From assembly GCA_024650005.2 (NCBI GenBank), contig CP122380.1:736001-800000 (forward strand): a DNA stretch of 64,000 bases. Reading direction: 5' to 3'. A program made the translations under genes and the position numbers. Shown here in pieces: positions 1-10,832 of this stretch. Below the pieces are notes generated by a model that saw only the letters and a list, made by a program, of their open reading frames with translations, had not been told where the DNA came from and ran no database searches. Within the stretch, counting starts at the first letter, position 1. The number at the start of each line of letters is the position of its first letter. The stretch is from Candidatus Bathyarchaeum tardum (GTDB lineage: Archaea; Thermoproteota; Bathyarchaeia; Bathyarchaeales; Bathyarchaeaceae).

Positions 1-2
1 CC

Positions 3-1340
3 TATTCCACAGGTGACGTTGATCTAACTTTTACTTTAAATGAGGAGGTTTCTTGGATTGGGTATAGTTTGGACGGTGCAGACAATCAGACTATTACTGG
101 TAATGTAACCCTTTCATCGTTATCAGAAGGCTCTCATGATATAGTTGTTTATGCCACAGATTTATTTGAAAACACAGGAGTATCAAACATTGTCACTTTT
201 GAAATTTCACTAAGTACCTCAGACACTGAGCCCCCTGTCGTGGTTGTATCGTCACCAAGAAATTCAACTTATTCTTCACGAAATTTGGGTCTTAATTTCA
301 CGGTGAGTGAAGATGTTTCTTGGATCGGTTATAGCGTGGATGGTGCAAGCAACATTACCGTTACGGGCAACTCTACCATTTGGGCTTTATCTGACGGTCC
401 GCATACTCTTGTTATTTATGCTACTGACGCTTCTCAAAATACTGGAAAATCCGAAATTGTTTATTTTACGATTGACACTAGACCGCCTACAATTATTGTA
501 TGGCCCCCTGGAAACACAACATATCCTACTTCTGAAATTTCTCTTGTTTTCACTTTGAGTGAGGAGGTTTCTTGGATCGGTTATAGCGTGGATGGTGCAA
601 GCAATCAGACTATTACTGGTAATTTAACGCTTCCCTCTTTGCCGGATGGGTCTCATAATATTACTGTGTATGCAACTGATAATTTTAATAATACTGGACG
701 CTCTAGAACTATTTTCTTTTCAATTGACACTACCCTTCCTGTCGTTTCTGTTTTATCTCCAATCAATTCAACATATTCGACAAATAGTGTTAATCTTAAT
801 TTTACTGTAGGTGAGGAATTTTCTTGGGTTGGTTACAGTTTAAATGGGGCACGTAATCAGACTATTGACGGTGATATAGAGCTTTCTTCTTTGTCAGATG
901 GGTCTCATAATATTGTTGTTTACGCTACTGATGTTAATAAGGTTAATACGGGAAATTCTAGCAAAATTTTCTTTACAGTTGACACCACTCCCCCTGTTGT
1001 TGAAATAATTTCACCTGTTCCTGACACAACTTATTCTGTGACAAATAACATTACATTATCATTCACTGTCAATGAAGAAGCATCGTTAAAATACAGCCTT
1101 GATGGGCAATCCAATATTACCATTGTAGATTCAATTATTTTATATAATTTAACTAATGGATTACATAACTTGACAATTTACGCTGAAGACTTGTATGGAA
1201 ACAGTGGAGCAACTGAAACTATTACTTTCACTGTAGACGTCGACAGAATTCTACAGCCAGTGGAAATTGTAACCGCTGTTATAATAATAGGTGTAGGATT
1301 TTTAATTGTAATTATTTTCGGATATAAGAATAAAGCCTGA
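3..1340 (+). CDS. Ig-like repeat cell-surface protein with C-terminal TM anchor (5' partial)
   Basis: Frame is open from nt 3. About 84-aa repeats (VSWIGYSxDGAxNxTITGNxTL...GSHxIxVYATD), many N-x-S/T sequons, C-terminal hydrophobic helix followed by KNKA. Confidence 0.8.
   Translation, partial: YSTGDVDLTFTLNEEVSWIGYSLDGADNQTITGNVTLSSLSEGSHDIVVYATDLFENTGVSNIVTFEISLSTSDTEPPVVVVSSPRNSTYSSRNLGLNFTVSEDVSWIGYSVDGASNITVTGNSTIWALSDGPHTLVIYATDASQNTGKSEIVYFTIDTRPPTIIVWPPGNTTYPTSEISLVFTLSEEVSWIGYSVDGASNQTITGNLTLPSLPDGSHNITVYATDNFNNTGRSRTIFFSIDTTLPVVSVLSPINSTYSTNSVNLNFTVGEEFSWVGYSLNGARNQTIDGDIELSSLSDGSHNIVVYATDVNKVNTGNSSKIFFTVDTTPPVVEIISPVPDTTYSVTNNITLSFTVNEEASLKYSLDGQSNITIVDSIILYNLTNGLHNLTIYAEDLYGNSGATETITFTVDVDRILQPVEIVTAVIIIGVGFLIVIIFGYKNKA
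315..604 (+). repeat. 38-bp identical intragenic direct repeat (315-352 = 567-604)
   Basis: gtttcttggatcggttatagcgtggatggtgcaagcaa occurs twice, 252 nt (84 codons) apart. Confidence 0.85.
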
Positions 1341-1627
1341 TTTGGATACATTATCTATCCTTAATATTGGAAATCAAAAAGTATGATGGCATTGTATTTT
1401 TTAACTCGGTTATTGGGTTGGTTGGGCTCATTGCTGTTTTTTTTTCTTTGATTTGTGGTCTGAAAATAGTTTGAATTGTTTGTTTTAGCGTTTTTTAATT
1501 TTTCAATTCAGTAATAATTTATATATTTATAGTTACTACAGGTTATTCTAATTAAGTGCAAAAAGGATAGTTATACATAAATTTGATGCAATTTATATGC
1601 GCAACTTTATACTTAGAGGGTTAATGG

Positions 1628-2701
1628 ATGCTGATTTCAATTATTATTGGGACGCGTCCAGAGATTATCAAAATGGCTCCAGTTATTCGGGAATGTGAGC
1701 AGTCGGGTTTGAATTATTTTGTTCTTCATACCGGACAGCACTACTCTTACAATATGGATAAAGTATTTTTTGAGCAACTCGGATTGTCTGAAGCAAAATA
1801 CAATTTAGACGTCGGTTCAGGTAGTCATGGAAAACAAACTGGTCAAATGTTGATTAGAATAGAACAGGTCCTCCAAAAAGAAAAACCTGATTTAGTTTTG
1901 GTTGAGGGTGACACCAATACCGTTCTTGCTGGTGCATTAGCTGCGGTTAAATTAGGAATAAAAGTTGGCCATGTTGAAGCAGGATTACGAAGTTACAATC
2001 GTAAAATGCCTGAAGAAATCAATAGAATTTTAGTTGACCATTCTTCGGATTATCTGTTTGCACCTACAGAAAAATCCCGTGAAATTCTTCTTGGCGAGGG
2101 AATTAGCAAAGAAAAAGTGTTCGTCACAGGTAACACTGTGGTTGATGCTGTTTTTCAAAATCTGGAACTTTCAAAAATTAAAACTACTATTTTGAATGAT
2201 CTTGGTCTTACATCTGGAGATTATTTTGTGGTTACTCTTCATCGGCAAGAAAATGTTGATAATATTGAAAATTTTTGTAGTATTGTAGAAGGCTTGCAGG
2301 CGGTTAGAAAAAAGTTTAATGTTAAAATAATTTTTCCTGTTCATCCTAGGTCAATAAAAAGTCTAAAAAAGTTTGGGCTATCTTTGAATGGTTTTAATTT
2401 GGTTGAGCCCTTGGATTATTTGTCTTTTTTACAGCTTGAAAACAATGCTCAGCTTGTACTTACTGATTCCGGTGGGGTGCAAGAAGAATCTTGTGTTTTG
2501 GGTGTTCCTTGCGTTACTTTGCGTGATGATACTGAAAGACCTGAAACCGTTGAAGTTGGATCTAACTTGTTAGCTGGAACTACCCCTGATAAGATATTAA
2601 AATGTTCAGAAATTATGCTTTCAAAACCTGTTGATTGGCGAAATCCTTATGGGGATGGCAATGCTGCAAAGGCTCTTATCTCTAAATTGAGTGAATTATG
2701 A
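1628..2701 (+). CDS. wecB: UDP-N-acetylglucosamine 2-epimerase (non-hydrolysing)
   Basis: Motifs GTRPEIIK, HTGQHY, GDTNT, HVEAGLRS, PEEINR, TDSGGVQEE, TERPE, NPYGDG. Confidence 0.95.
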   Translation: MLISIIIGTRPEIIKMAPVIRECEQSGLNYFVLHTGQHYSYNMDKVFFEQLGLSEAKYNLDVGSGSHGKQTGQMLIRIEQVLQKEKPDLVLVEGDTNTVLAGALAAVKLGIKVGHVEAGLRSYNRKMPEEINRILVDHSSDYLFAPTEKSREILLGEGISKEKVFVTGNTVVDAVFQNLELSKIKTTILNDLGLTSGDYFVVTLHRQENVDNIENFCSIVEGLQAVRKKFNVKIIFPVHPRSIKSLKKFGLSLNGFNLVEPLDYLSFLQLENNAQLVLTDSGGVQEESCVLGVPCVTLRDDTERPETVEVGSNLLAGTTPDKILKCSEIMLSKPVDWRNPYGDGNAAKALISKLSEL

Positions 2702-3059
2702 TTTTTATTATGAATAAGTCATTCTACTGATTTAATATTTTTTTGTTTGAACTATTTTGTGATTTATTATCGTTTTAATGTATTATGGATCAATTTATTC
2801 GAATTTAACGGGTGGTAAAATACCAATTTTTTAACGTTACTAGAAAAAATGAAGCAATGGAATCAAGCAAAAATCTTACCCTGCAATCGGTAACAAAGGG
2901 TTTCTTGGGCTAAAAAACATAAGCAATGTAACATGGGTTGCCTTTCAATCACAAAATCTAAAAAACAACATTACCAAAGATATCCTTAGAAAACCAATTA
3001 GTAATTTTATTCAAAAATTAATCATAAAAAATAGTTTGCAAATCTAAGTTGATAGTTAA

Positions 3060-3974
3060 TTGAAAAAAATAAAATTAATTCTTCGTCTTGCCCGATTGCA
3101 TTTCTTACTTTTAGGATTTTTGCTGTATCTACTAGGATACCTTCTAGCAATTCAAGTAGGATCCCAACACAATTTAGCAAAATTTTTGTTCGGATATCTA
3201 ATATTTGGATCAGCTCACCTTTCAGTGTCCTTTAGCAACGATTACTTTGACCAACAAACCGACAAAAAATCATTACAAACCCCCTTCTCTGGAGGCAGCA
3301 AAGTATTAGTAAATTATCCTGAACTTCAAAAAATTGCATTAAACCTTGCGATCGCTCTTTTATTAACATCAGCAGTAACAAGCATAATTTTCACAATAAC
3401 ATACAACTACACTTTATGGTTTACAATTTTTGTAACATTTGGCGGACTTTTAGGATATTTCTACACTGCAAACCCAATAAAACTCGCCTATAGAGGATTA
3501 GGAGAAATAGCAACAATGATAGGGGTTGGAATATTCATGACCGGAATGGGATACTTTGTAGCCCAAGGTCAACTCAACACACTGTTTTTCTTGTTTTTCA
3601 TGCCCCTAAGTTTTTATGGGCTATTTTTTATCGTAACAGTTGAATTACCCGACATAAAATGCGACACATTTGCAAACAAAAAAACCCTAGTAGTAAAAAT
3701 TGGACAAAAAAATGGAAAAATAATTAGTTTCTTAGCAACCCTAACGGCAACAATCTACTTTTCCATAATTTCATACCTAAAAATCGCTAACGGCATAATC
3801 GACTGGGCACCATTCATTATTTTTTCTGCCCTACCCCTATTAGCATCAATATTTTCTGTGCTAACTAAAACAAATAATCAAAAAAGCCTAACAAAACAAG
3901 TCATGTTAAACATTATTTCATTAACAGTGTTTGTAATACTCTTAATTACTAGTCTGCTGCTGAAAAACATCTAA
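3060..3974 (+). CDS. UbiA/MenA-family prenyltransferase
   Basis: Multi-TM protein with NDYFD, PFSGGS, YRGLGE and PDxxxDxxxxKKTL motifs. Confidence 0.85.
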   Translation: MKKIKLILRLARLHFLLLGFLLYLLGYLLAIQVGSQHNLAKFLFGYLIFGSAHLSVSFSNDYFDQQTDKKSLQTPFSGGSKVLVNYPELQKIALNLAIALLLTSAVTSIIFTITYNYTLWFTIFVTFGGLLGYFYTANPIKLAYRGLGEIATMIGVGIFMTGMGYFVAQGQLNTLFFLFFMPLSFYGLFFIVTVELPDIKCDTFANKKTLVVKIGQKNGKIISFLATLTATIYFSIISYLKIANGIIDWAPFIIFSALPLLASIFSVLTKTNNQKSLTKQVMLNIISLTVFVILLITSLLLKNI

Positions 3975-3992
3975 AAAATCTTGGTTAAACAG

Positions 3993-4047
3993 GAAAAGAA
4001 GCAGGGATTATTCTGGCGCGTGGAATAAAGTCTCCCTGCTTCTTTTC
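3993..4047. terminator. Strong hairpin after the prenyltransferase gene
   Basis: gaaaagaagcaggga (3993-4007) pairs with tccctgcttcttttc (4033-4047) as a perfect 15-bp inverted repeat, with an inner ttattc/gaataa stem. Confidence 0.5.
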
Positions 4048-4500
4048 AGCTTGTTCCCCTGATTAATCAATCTTAATTTTCAGATAAAAAAATCTGTGAT
4101 AGAATATCTTCAATCACATATTGTTAACTACTCCTGCTGAGTAAACAATATAATGTCAGCGGAGGAGCATGCTTAGAACGTTTTGCGTTTTAACAATGAG
4201 TGATCCAATCAAAAAGGCGAAAGATTGGAAAACGGCAAAAACGTTGTTTAACGGGCCAAACAAAAGTTCAAGGCTTAGACTCCGCTCGACCTTACGTGAA
4301 TCTGAAATATTTTATTACAGTAATTCTTGGTGATTTAATGAGTGCTAAAAAGTCCAAACAAAACCGTGATCGACCAGTTCTTCACCCAAATTCTAAACTA
4401 AACCCCAAAAAAACCAAGATAACGTGTCATTTTGATTATTTTGGATATTTTAACAATAAAACATTCTGTTTAAATTGAAGTTTGTTCATGAGGTTTGAAA

Positions 4501-5016
4501 ATGGAAAAAAGGAAACGCGTGATAATCTTCCTAGAAAATGGTTTTGAAGACAGTGAATTTGTTTATCCATATTACCGTTTTCAAGAAGCAGAATTTAATG
4601 TGGACATTGTTGCCCCTTTGGCAAACAAAGAATATGTAGGAAAACATGGTCTAACTTTCAAATCCAATTTAGCTCCTGAACAAGTAAATATTGATGATTA
4701 TAGTGGATTAATTATTCCAGGTGGATTTGCTCCAGACCGATTAAGAATCAACAAACAAATTGTTAATTTGATTCAACAAGCAAATAAAAAAAGCAAAATT
4801 ATTGCCGCAATATGTCATGGACCTCAACTACTAATTGAGGCAAAAATTGTGAAAGGAAAAAAAATGACTAGTTATGTTTCAGTTTCCACTGACTTAAAAA
4901 ATGCAGGTGCAATATTTTTAGACGAACCGGTCGTTAAAGACCATAATATAATCACATCCCGGCACCCAAGAGACCTTCCACAATTTTGTAAAGCAACAAT
5001 TGAAGCATTAACATGA
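4501..5016 (+). CDS. pfpI: PfpI/DJ-1 family (peptidase C56/deglycase)
   Basis: Motifs GFEDSE, PGGFAPD, AICHGP and ITSR. Confidence 0.9.
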   Translation: MEKRKRVIIFLENGFEDSEFVYPYYRFQEAEFNVDIVAPLANKEYVGKHGLTFKSNLAPEQVNIDDYSGLIIPGGFAPDRLRINKQIVNLIQQANKKSKIIAAICHGPQLLIEAKIVKGKKMTSYVSVSTDLKNAGAIFLDEPVVKDHNIITSRHPRDLPQFCKATIEALT

Positions 5017-5390
5017 GAAATCAGCACTTAACAAAGTCAGTTTAGTTTCGTCTTTTTGTCTTTCAAAAAAGTTCTATCCAACAAAGCCATTAAATCCGTA
5101 TTAATTTATCATTTTTCAGTTTTTAAAATGGTATTAAAGATAGTTTATCAGACGTGTAGTCACGTATTATGAGAAAGAAATTGACTTCGTTCCATTTTTC
5201 AAGTTCAGGGATGGTCATGATGGGACATGTCCTAGTTGTAAAGCTAAACCTGCCATTTGACCTATTAACTGCACAAATTTGATACAACGGAGTTAGCAAA
5301 AAAGCGAAAAAATATGGATCATAATTTTTATGGTCATATTAATAAGGTAGTAATAATTCTTCATTTCTTCAGTTTAGTGAGGACATAAAA

Positions 5391-5660
5391 ATGCCTGATG
5401 TGGCTGCAATAAACGGGAAAAAAACAAAAACATCATCAATAACTGTGCTAGACCTGACCCAAATCGATGGGGATGGTGATTTTGCTTGCCCCTCCTGTGG
5501 GGTTACAATTTCTCCTGAAGACGAAAGTGAAGAAGTATATACTATTCTCGACGAAAAAGTCAACGGGGAAGTTTTAGAAGAACTTGTTATTCAATGTAAC
5601 ACTTGTTCTTGTAAAATTCGTTTAATTGGTTTTCCTGCTCTTGACATGGGCGAAGAATAA
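5391..5660 (+). CDS. Small acidic zinc-ribbon protein
   Basis: CPSC...CNTC. SD-like gagga upstream and T-rich tract downstream. Confidence 0.7.
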   Translation: MPDVAAINGKKTKTSSITVLDLTQIDGDGDFACPSCGVTISPEDESEEVYTILDEKVNGEVLEELVIQCNTCSCKIRLIGFPALDMGEE

Positions 5661-6040
5661 CTGCTCGTTAATGCTTTTTCTATTTTTCATTTAAAATGTA
5701 TTAATTTTTACATTCGGAAAATTCATTTTTCTCCGATATCTATTGCTTTACTTGGACAAATTTTTTACATTCAAGGCTTACTGAACAAATGTTTTGTTTT
5801 GTCACTATTGGTTGGTCTTCAAACAACTCTAAAACCCCAAAATTGCAAGCTTTAACACATTTTTTGCAACCTTTGCAACGTGATTAATCAACTTTGATTT
5901 TTGCTATAATTCTTGTGATCGCCTGTTGTCAGTCTACTAATTACATGTTTGTTTCTTGATCATGAGTCTTATTGAACTGTAAACTATTGTCTGGATAGTA
6001 TCATTAAAAATAAAAAATGGGGCAAATAAAAGGAAAAAGG

Positions 6041-8179
6041 TTAGGAAATTTGGATTTGGGTAATTTGTTCCAAACTTTCCAGATTGTTTATTTTTACTAG
6101 TTGGTCTGAGATTGTATAAAGTGCGTCTTCAATGTAGATTATTCTGTGTATGTATGCGTTTTGTTCGTATTCGTTGTTGCTGGGGTGTGTGATGTCACCT
6201 TTCAGGATGAATCCATTTTCTAATGATATGTCAAAGATGTATGCACCTTGGTAGTAAGAACTTTGTATTGCTATGGCTTCTCGTTCTTCAATAGCTTCTG
6301 CTTCTTTTCTTATTTCTTCATCGCCAACCATTGATCCGTTAGTTTCCTTGGGTATATCGTCTGTGTTGAGGTCTCTGTCAATTAGTCGTTCAGTGTATGT
6401 GCTTACTGTAACTGGAAGTGCTAGCAGATTTTTGGATTTATCAAACAAGAATGCTTTATGGTCCCATAATGCATTGGAGCTAGACCAGCTGCCTTCTACT
6501 GTGTATTTTGCGATTTCTTTTGGTGCAGTAAAGTCTGTAACGTCAAAAAGTGAAAGTTTCAGTGTGCTGTTTTCCATGCCTACTCCGATTATGTGGGTTT
6601 CATCGTAAGGGTGAAGATAACTAGAGTAGCCAGGTATTTTCAAGTATCCCAGAATTGTTGGTTGTGTTGGGGTAGATGTGTCGATTACAAAGAATGGATC
6701 GACTTGTTTGAAGGTTACCATGTAAACTTTGTCGCCCATGAACCTTACTGAGTAAATGCTTTCGTCTGGAGCAATGTTTTCCAGTTTTCCAGCAAGGTTT
6801 AGGTTCATGTCTAAAACGAACAAGTTGTTTGTGGATTCGCTGGTGAATGTTTCTTGGGTCCAACTGTTTGTCCATTCTGTTGTAGCTATGCGGAAGTATC
6901 CGTTGTGTTCGTCCATGCTAAATTGGTTAAGGACAAAACCTGTAACTGAGCCTTCTGCTTCAACAGCTATGTTTTGTTTGTCTAATTTGACTCTGTATAT
7001 CAATGTTTCTTGTTTTGGTTGTTCATCACTGCTCATTAGTAGCCAATTAGTGGTGTCTGGTGCAACCAAGTACATGTTGTCTAATGAAACATACATGTTA
7101 GTGGTTGAGCTTGTCAAAAATGCCTCATAAGTTGGTTCGGCAGCGTCGTTTTGGGTGTCTATTGCGATAATTGTTGTTATGTAATACATTTCGTCTGCAA
7201 CGTCGATGTAATGAATTTCGCTAGCGTCTACCTTGATAACATCATCACCTGCGATTACTGGCAAAACGATATCAAAGCCTTTTTCATTGTCGTAGTTGGG
7301 TGGGGTAGCAAATTCATTGTTAACAATGTAAACGTAATCCCCAATCATGCGTGATCCTGACAAAGTTCCATTCAAAGTAACGGTTCTAGCCAAAACTGGG
7401 TTTTGCCTGTTTGAAACATCGTAGACTTTGATGTTTGTTGTGGGCGGTTCATACCTAATGATTGGTATGAAGGGTTCAACTGGTTTAATGGCATCATCGA
7501 TTTGTTGTTCAGGTTCTTTAGATGGTGTAGTTTGATTTGAGGGTTCTGTAGCGTTAGTTGATTCTGCGTCTTTTGGTTTTACTTCAATTACGTCTTGATT
7601 TTCCAGAATTGCTGGTGAATCAATTCCGTAATATGGGAATACGTTGTATTCTGTTTCAAAGATCACAAGTTTGTTTTCGTTGATGAATACTCCAGTGATA
7701 TAACCTTCTACTGTAATCTTTGAGACAACTTTTGCTTCTTGAGGTGGATATGCTTTAAAGATTGTTAAGGTGTTGCCTGAAACGATGTAAATGTATTCGC
7801 CGTCAGTTTTTACGGTGTCTGCTTCGTCTACGCCTTGAACTTGGATGTTAGTCCCAGAATAATCGGACAATTCTCCAGCACTGTTTGCTATGGTGGCTTC
7901 CATTGGTGCTTGAGTTGCTGCGTCTTGTGCTCCTAAGCTTTCTGTCCTTGAATTTTTTAGAGTGTTAAGGGCATAGCTATTTTGATTCACTGTTTCCATG
8001 TTCGTGGTGATAAAATTTTCAAGTTCTTCAAAGCTTGAAAAAGTTTTAAGTTCAGAAAACAGTGGCTGCGTTGGACTAAACAGGGTACCAAAATTGTATA
8101 TGGACCCGGCCAGTATCGTAACTAAGAGAACCGCTGCAATTCCGTAAGTGATTGTTTTTTTCTTGATTTCTCTTTGCAT
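6041..8179 (-). CDS. Secreted/membrane-anchored beta-propeller domain protein (Beta_propel family)
   Basis: N-terminal TM; motifs TNIQVQGVDEADTVKTDG, LNQFSMDE, IYSVRF, VTFKQVDPFFVID, LKIPGYSSYLHP. Confidence 0.88.
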   Translation of the reverse strand: MQREIKKKTITYGIAAVLLVTILAGSIYNFGTLFSPTQPLFSELKTFSSFEELENFITTNMETVNQNSYALNTLKNSRTESLGAQDAATQAPMEATIANSAGELSDYSGTNIQVQGVDEADTVKTDGEYIYIVSGNTLTIFKAYPPQEAKVVSKITVEGYITGVFINENKLVIFETEYNVFPYYGIDSPAILENQDVIEVKPKDAESTNATEPSNQTTPSKEPEQQIDDAIKPVEPFIPIIRYEPPTTNIKVYDVSNRQNPVLARTVTLNGTLSGSRMIGDYVYIVNNEFATPPNYDNEKGFDIVLPVIAGDDVIKVDASEIHYIDVADEMYYITTIIAIDTQNDAAEPTYEAFLTSSTTNMYVSLDNMYLVAPDTTNWLLMSSDEQPKQETLIYRVKLDKQNIAVEAEGSVTGFVLNQFSMDEHNGYFRIATTEWTNSWTQETFTSESTNNLFVLDMNLNLAGKLENIAPDESIYSVRFMGDKVYMVTFKQVDPFFVIDTSTPTQPTILGYLKIPGYSSYLHPYDETHIIGVGMENSTLKLSLFDVTDFTAPKEIAKYTVEGSWSSSNALWDHKAFLFDKSKNLLALPVTVSTYTERLIDRDLNTDDIPKETNGSMVGDEEIRKEAEAIEEREAIAIQSSYYQGAYIFDISLENGFILKGDITHPSNNEYEQNAYIHRIIYIEDALYTISDQLVKINNLESLEQITQIQIS

Positions 8180-8229
8180 CTTTTATCACTACTAGTAACT
8201 GTTATTTTTGCTTATTTTATCCCAAGCGT

Positions 8230-8257
8230 TAGAACATTCTGTTCCAGAAGTTAGAAC
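8230..8257 (-). promoter_or_regulatory. Triple half-site operator GTTCTA-N5-TGGAAC-N5-GTTCTA, 10 nt upstream of TATA-like TAAAAT
   Basis: Same architecture and TATA spacing as at 44137 and 50910. Confidence 0.6.
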
Positions 8258-8263
8258 AAACAT

Positions 8264-8710
8264 CTAAAATGGTTTCAGTCGCCAAAACCGGAAAGCCTCA
8301 TACCAAAATATCAATGAAACTATGGCACCAAAGAATATTATGAACAAACTTTCTCTGGTTAAAGCTTCGACAAAAAGTGTGAGATAACTCATATAAAATA
8401 CAGAAGAGAACAAGGCATAAAAAAAGTATCTTGGAAACATCATTCGACCAAATTTTACAAAGTGCCGAAGAACACCAATTTTTACTTCGCCAACAAGAGC
8501 GTAGTTGCCTCCAATTTCTTGTCTTTCAACTAAACCAATCTGAATTAATTGTTCAAGATGATGATTTGCGACACTTGGGCTGCTGAACCGAAGGGCATTT
8601 GCAACGTCTCGAACACTCATGGGCTGACCATTTTTCAACAAAAGCCAATAAACATTCCATGCTTTTCCTCGTAATTTATAATCAAGCTCAGATTCTTCAT
8701 GTGTGTTCAA
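8264..8710 (-). CDS. Membrane-anchored winged-HTH (ArsR-like) transcription regulator
   Basis: N-terminal HTH (MSVRDVANALRFSSPSVANHHLEQL) followed by two C-terminal TM helices. Confidence 0.8.
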   Translation of the reverse strand: MNTHEESELDYKLRGKAWNVYWLLLKNGQPMSVRDVANALRFSSPSVANHHLEQLIQIGLVERQEIGGNYALVGEVKIGVLRHFVKFGRMMFPRYFFYALFSSVFYMSYLTLFVEALTRESLFIIFFGAIVSLIFWYEAFRFWRLKPF

Positions 8711-8965
8711 GTAATATCCCTCTCCAATGGTGTCAATTAGAAATGACCAAATGCTATCATTATCTTTAATGTTACAACGATTGAATTAGAATTTAAGTCC
8801 ACGTTTTAGAACACGCCATTTTTTCGTTTCTTGAAGAATCTGTACGTTAAAAGTACCTTTTTGGCATTAACCAAAAATAATTGGAAAAATAAATTATTGA
8901 TTTAAAACTAAAAAATGAAGCAGCAAAAAAATGCTGCTGACTTTGTAAGTTTAGCGGATGAGAGG

Positions 8966-9622
8966 CTATTCTTTAATTTTCATAAAAAAGCGTTCTTGTG
9001 CTTGTTCTCTTGTGAATTCGGGAATCGATATTGGCTTTTTGAATAGGGGTCCATCAATCACCATGGTGTGGTATTCACCGTTTTCTCCGCAGGGGTCCAT
9101 GCCTGTTTCTTTGACTAGGACTAACAAGTCTTTGACAGTGTGTCGGTTTAGTTCTTTACCAATCCATTCTTTTGTGAAAAATGGTTGCTTTACACATGTG
9201 AATACTGCTCTGAATCCTGATGACATCTCGTCATCCAAAACTTCGAAGGTGTCTTGTTCCCATAGGGGTACTATTACTTTGATGTCCAGTCCTTCAGTTA
9301 CGTCTTCCATCCAGTTTCCGTGAGTTTCGTCGACAACATAGATATCTCCTGTGACTATGCCTTCGATTCCTTGGGTTTTAATTAGTTCAGCAATGGCGTT
9401 GTGGTATCCTTCTTTGAAAGGTTCATCAACATTAACCAACAGATGAGGAATTCCGATTGATTCTGTTTGACGTTTCATTATCTTCGGAGGATGACCCATA
9501 GCAGGCCAATATTTACCCAAAACAAAGGTAACCAAACAGATAACATCGTGTCCTTCTTCTATAACTTTATGAAGCGCCAGTGATGATTCGAGACCGCCAC
9601 TCCATGAAACAGCAACTTTCAT
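8966..9622 (-). CDS. Diphthine-ammonia ligase (Dph6/MJ0570)-like PP-loop ATPase
   Basis: Motifs VSWSGGLES, GIVTGDI, PLW and DPCGENGEYHT. Confidence 0.85.
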   Translation of the reverse strand: MKVAVSWSGGLESSLALHKVIEEGHDVICLVTFVLGKYWPAMGHPPKIMKRQTESIGIPHLLVNVDEPFKEGYHNAIAELIKTQGIEGIVTGDIYVVDETHGNWMEDVTEGLDIKVIVPLWEQDTFEVLDDEMSSGFRAVFTCVKQPFFTKEWIGKELNRHTVKDLLVLVKETGMDPCGENGEYHTMVIDGPLFKKPISIPEFTREQAQERFFMKIKE

Positions 9623-9643
9623 TCTTGCATTACTTCCTGTCTT

Positions 9644-10630
9644 CTAAACTGGATATTTTCCACAGATTTTGCAAAAGTCAGTAGTTTTATCAATGTATCC
9701 TTTACAATTTGGACACTGTTTTCCACTTTTATCATTGTAAACTTCAGATGGTATTCCAAACTTTTCTCTGAAAACTTCATAGTACACTAGTTGTTCTTTA
9801 GTGTCCAAGTTGACTCCATCTTCTTCGAGGTACTTTTTCTTTTTTGTTTCAAATTCTTCGGTTGAAACTTTTTCGTCAAAATATTGTGGAAGAACCTGTG
9901 TTCCTGTTCCTTGTTCACAGGGGGCTTTTCCTCGCCAAACTACTTCGTTCGGAATTATGTCTTCGTATGATTTGCGCATAAGCCATTTCCCGAATTTTTC
10001 TCCGTCTTTAATGTTGACTTTAAGTTTAATTGGGACTTTTTCTGCAAATTCCCGAAAGGCTGGATCTAAGTATGGCTGTTTTACTTCAACTCCAACAGCC
10101 TTGCCTAAGGGTAAGGCAGAAAATCGCATCATAGCCCACATGTCAGATAATGCTTTTGCAAAATCAGCGTCAGACAAATGGAACTGCCAAGGATAACCAA
10201 ATAACTCATCAAGGGCATCACCAGTGAAGACGCTTTTTATTCCATTTTCTTTCAAGGCAATCAAGCCAATGTATACAGGCACGCTGTTTCTAACTTCCAT
10301 ATGGTCAAAGGTTTTTAGAATTTCTACAACTTTTGCTGCACCGGCAACCATTTCGTCGTGACCAAACACCAGTAATCCATGATTGAGTTTAAGAAAGTCA
10401 ACCATTTTTTCTACATATTCTTTGTCTTTGGGGATTCCGTGCTTAAACTCAAGGGTTAATGCTTTGAGCTTTGGATTGGATTTTACTGCCTCATATGCAA
10501 TTATGCTTGTGTCTGTGCCTGCTGAAAACAGGATACCTTCTGCCATGTTTTGTTCAACAACTTTATTTACTAAAGCTCTGACTTCTGGCAAAAGATCAAT
10601 GTAATCAGATTCTTGAAGTTTTTCTGTCAT
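9644..10630 (-). CDS. Asparagine synthase C-terminal-domain-like protein with C-terminal zinc ribbon
   Basis: Motifs LFSAGTDTS, TGDALDELFGY, PYLD, KWLMR, WRGK. No glutaminase domain. CPNC..CKIC tail. Confidence 0.8.
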   Translation of the reverse strand: MTEKLQESDYIDLLPEVRALVNKVVEQNMAEGILFSAGTDTSIIAYEAVKSNPKLKALTLEFKHGIPKDKEYVEKMVDFLKLNHGLLVFGHDEMVAGAAKVVEILKTFDHMEVRNSVPVYIGLIALKENGIKSVFTGDALDELFGYPWQFHLSDADFAKALSDMWAMMRFSALPLGKAVGVEVKQPYLDPAFREFAEKVPIKLKVNIKDGEKFGKWLMRKSYEDIIPNEVVWRGKAPCEQGTGTQVLPQYFDEKVSTEEFETKKKKYLEEDGVNLDTKEQLVYYEVFREKFGIPSEVYNDKSGKQCPNCKGYIDKTTDFCKICGKYPV

Positions 10631-10832
10631 TTTACTAAATCTCCAATATCATAAACTTTGGATGGATTATTCAACCAACTGGTATGATATTGTAAATTCA
10701 TATATAAAAATTTCTAGACAATTGAACGAACGTTCTAATTATTTATAAACTATTGAACAATAATTTATTTTTTTGAGTTTTTGTTAGTAAAACATCACTT
10801 ATTGTGCAATATACTAAAAAGCCAATTGAACG

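Noticed and set aside
4158-4290. RNase P or SRP RNA
   Set aside because: Too short and AT-rich; lacks the GAGGAAnnUC and SRP helix-8 motifs.
10711-10737. Further copies of the GTTCTA/TAGAAC operator (also 8787-8812)
   Set aside because: Half-site spacing deviates from N5/N5 and the match is degenerate.
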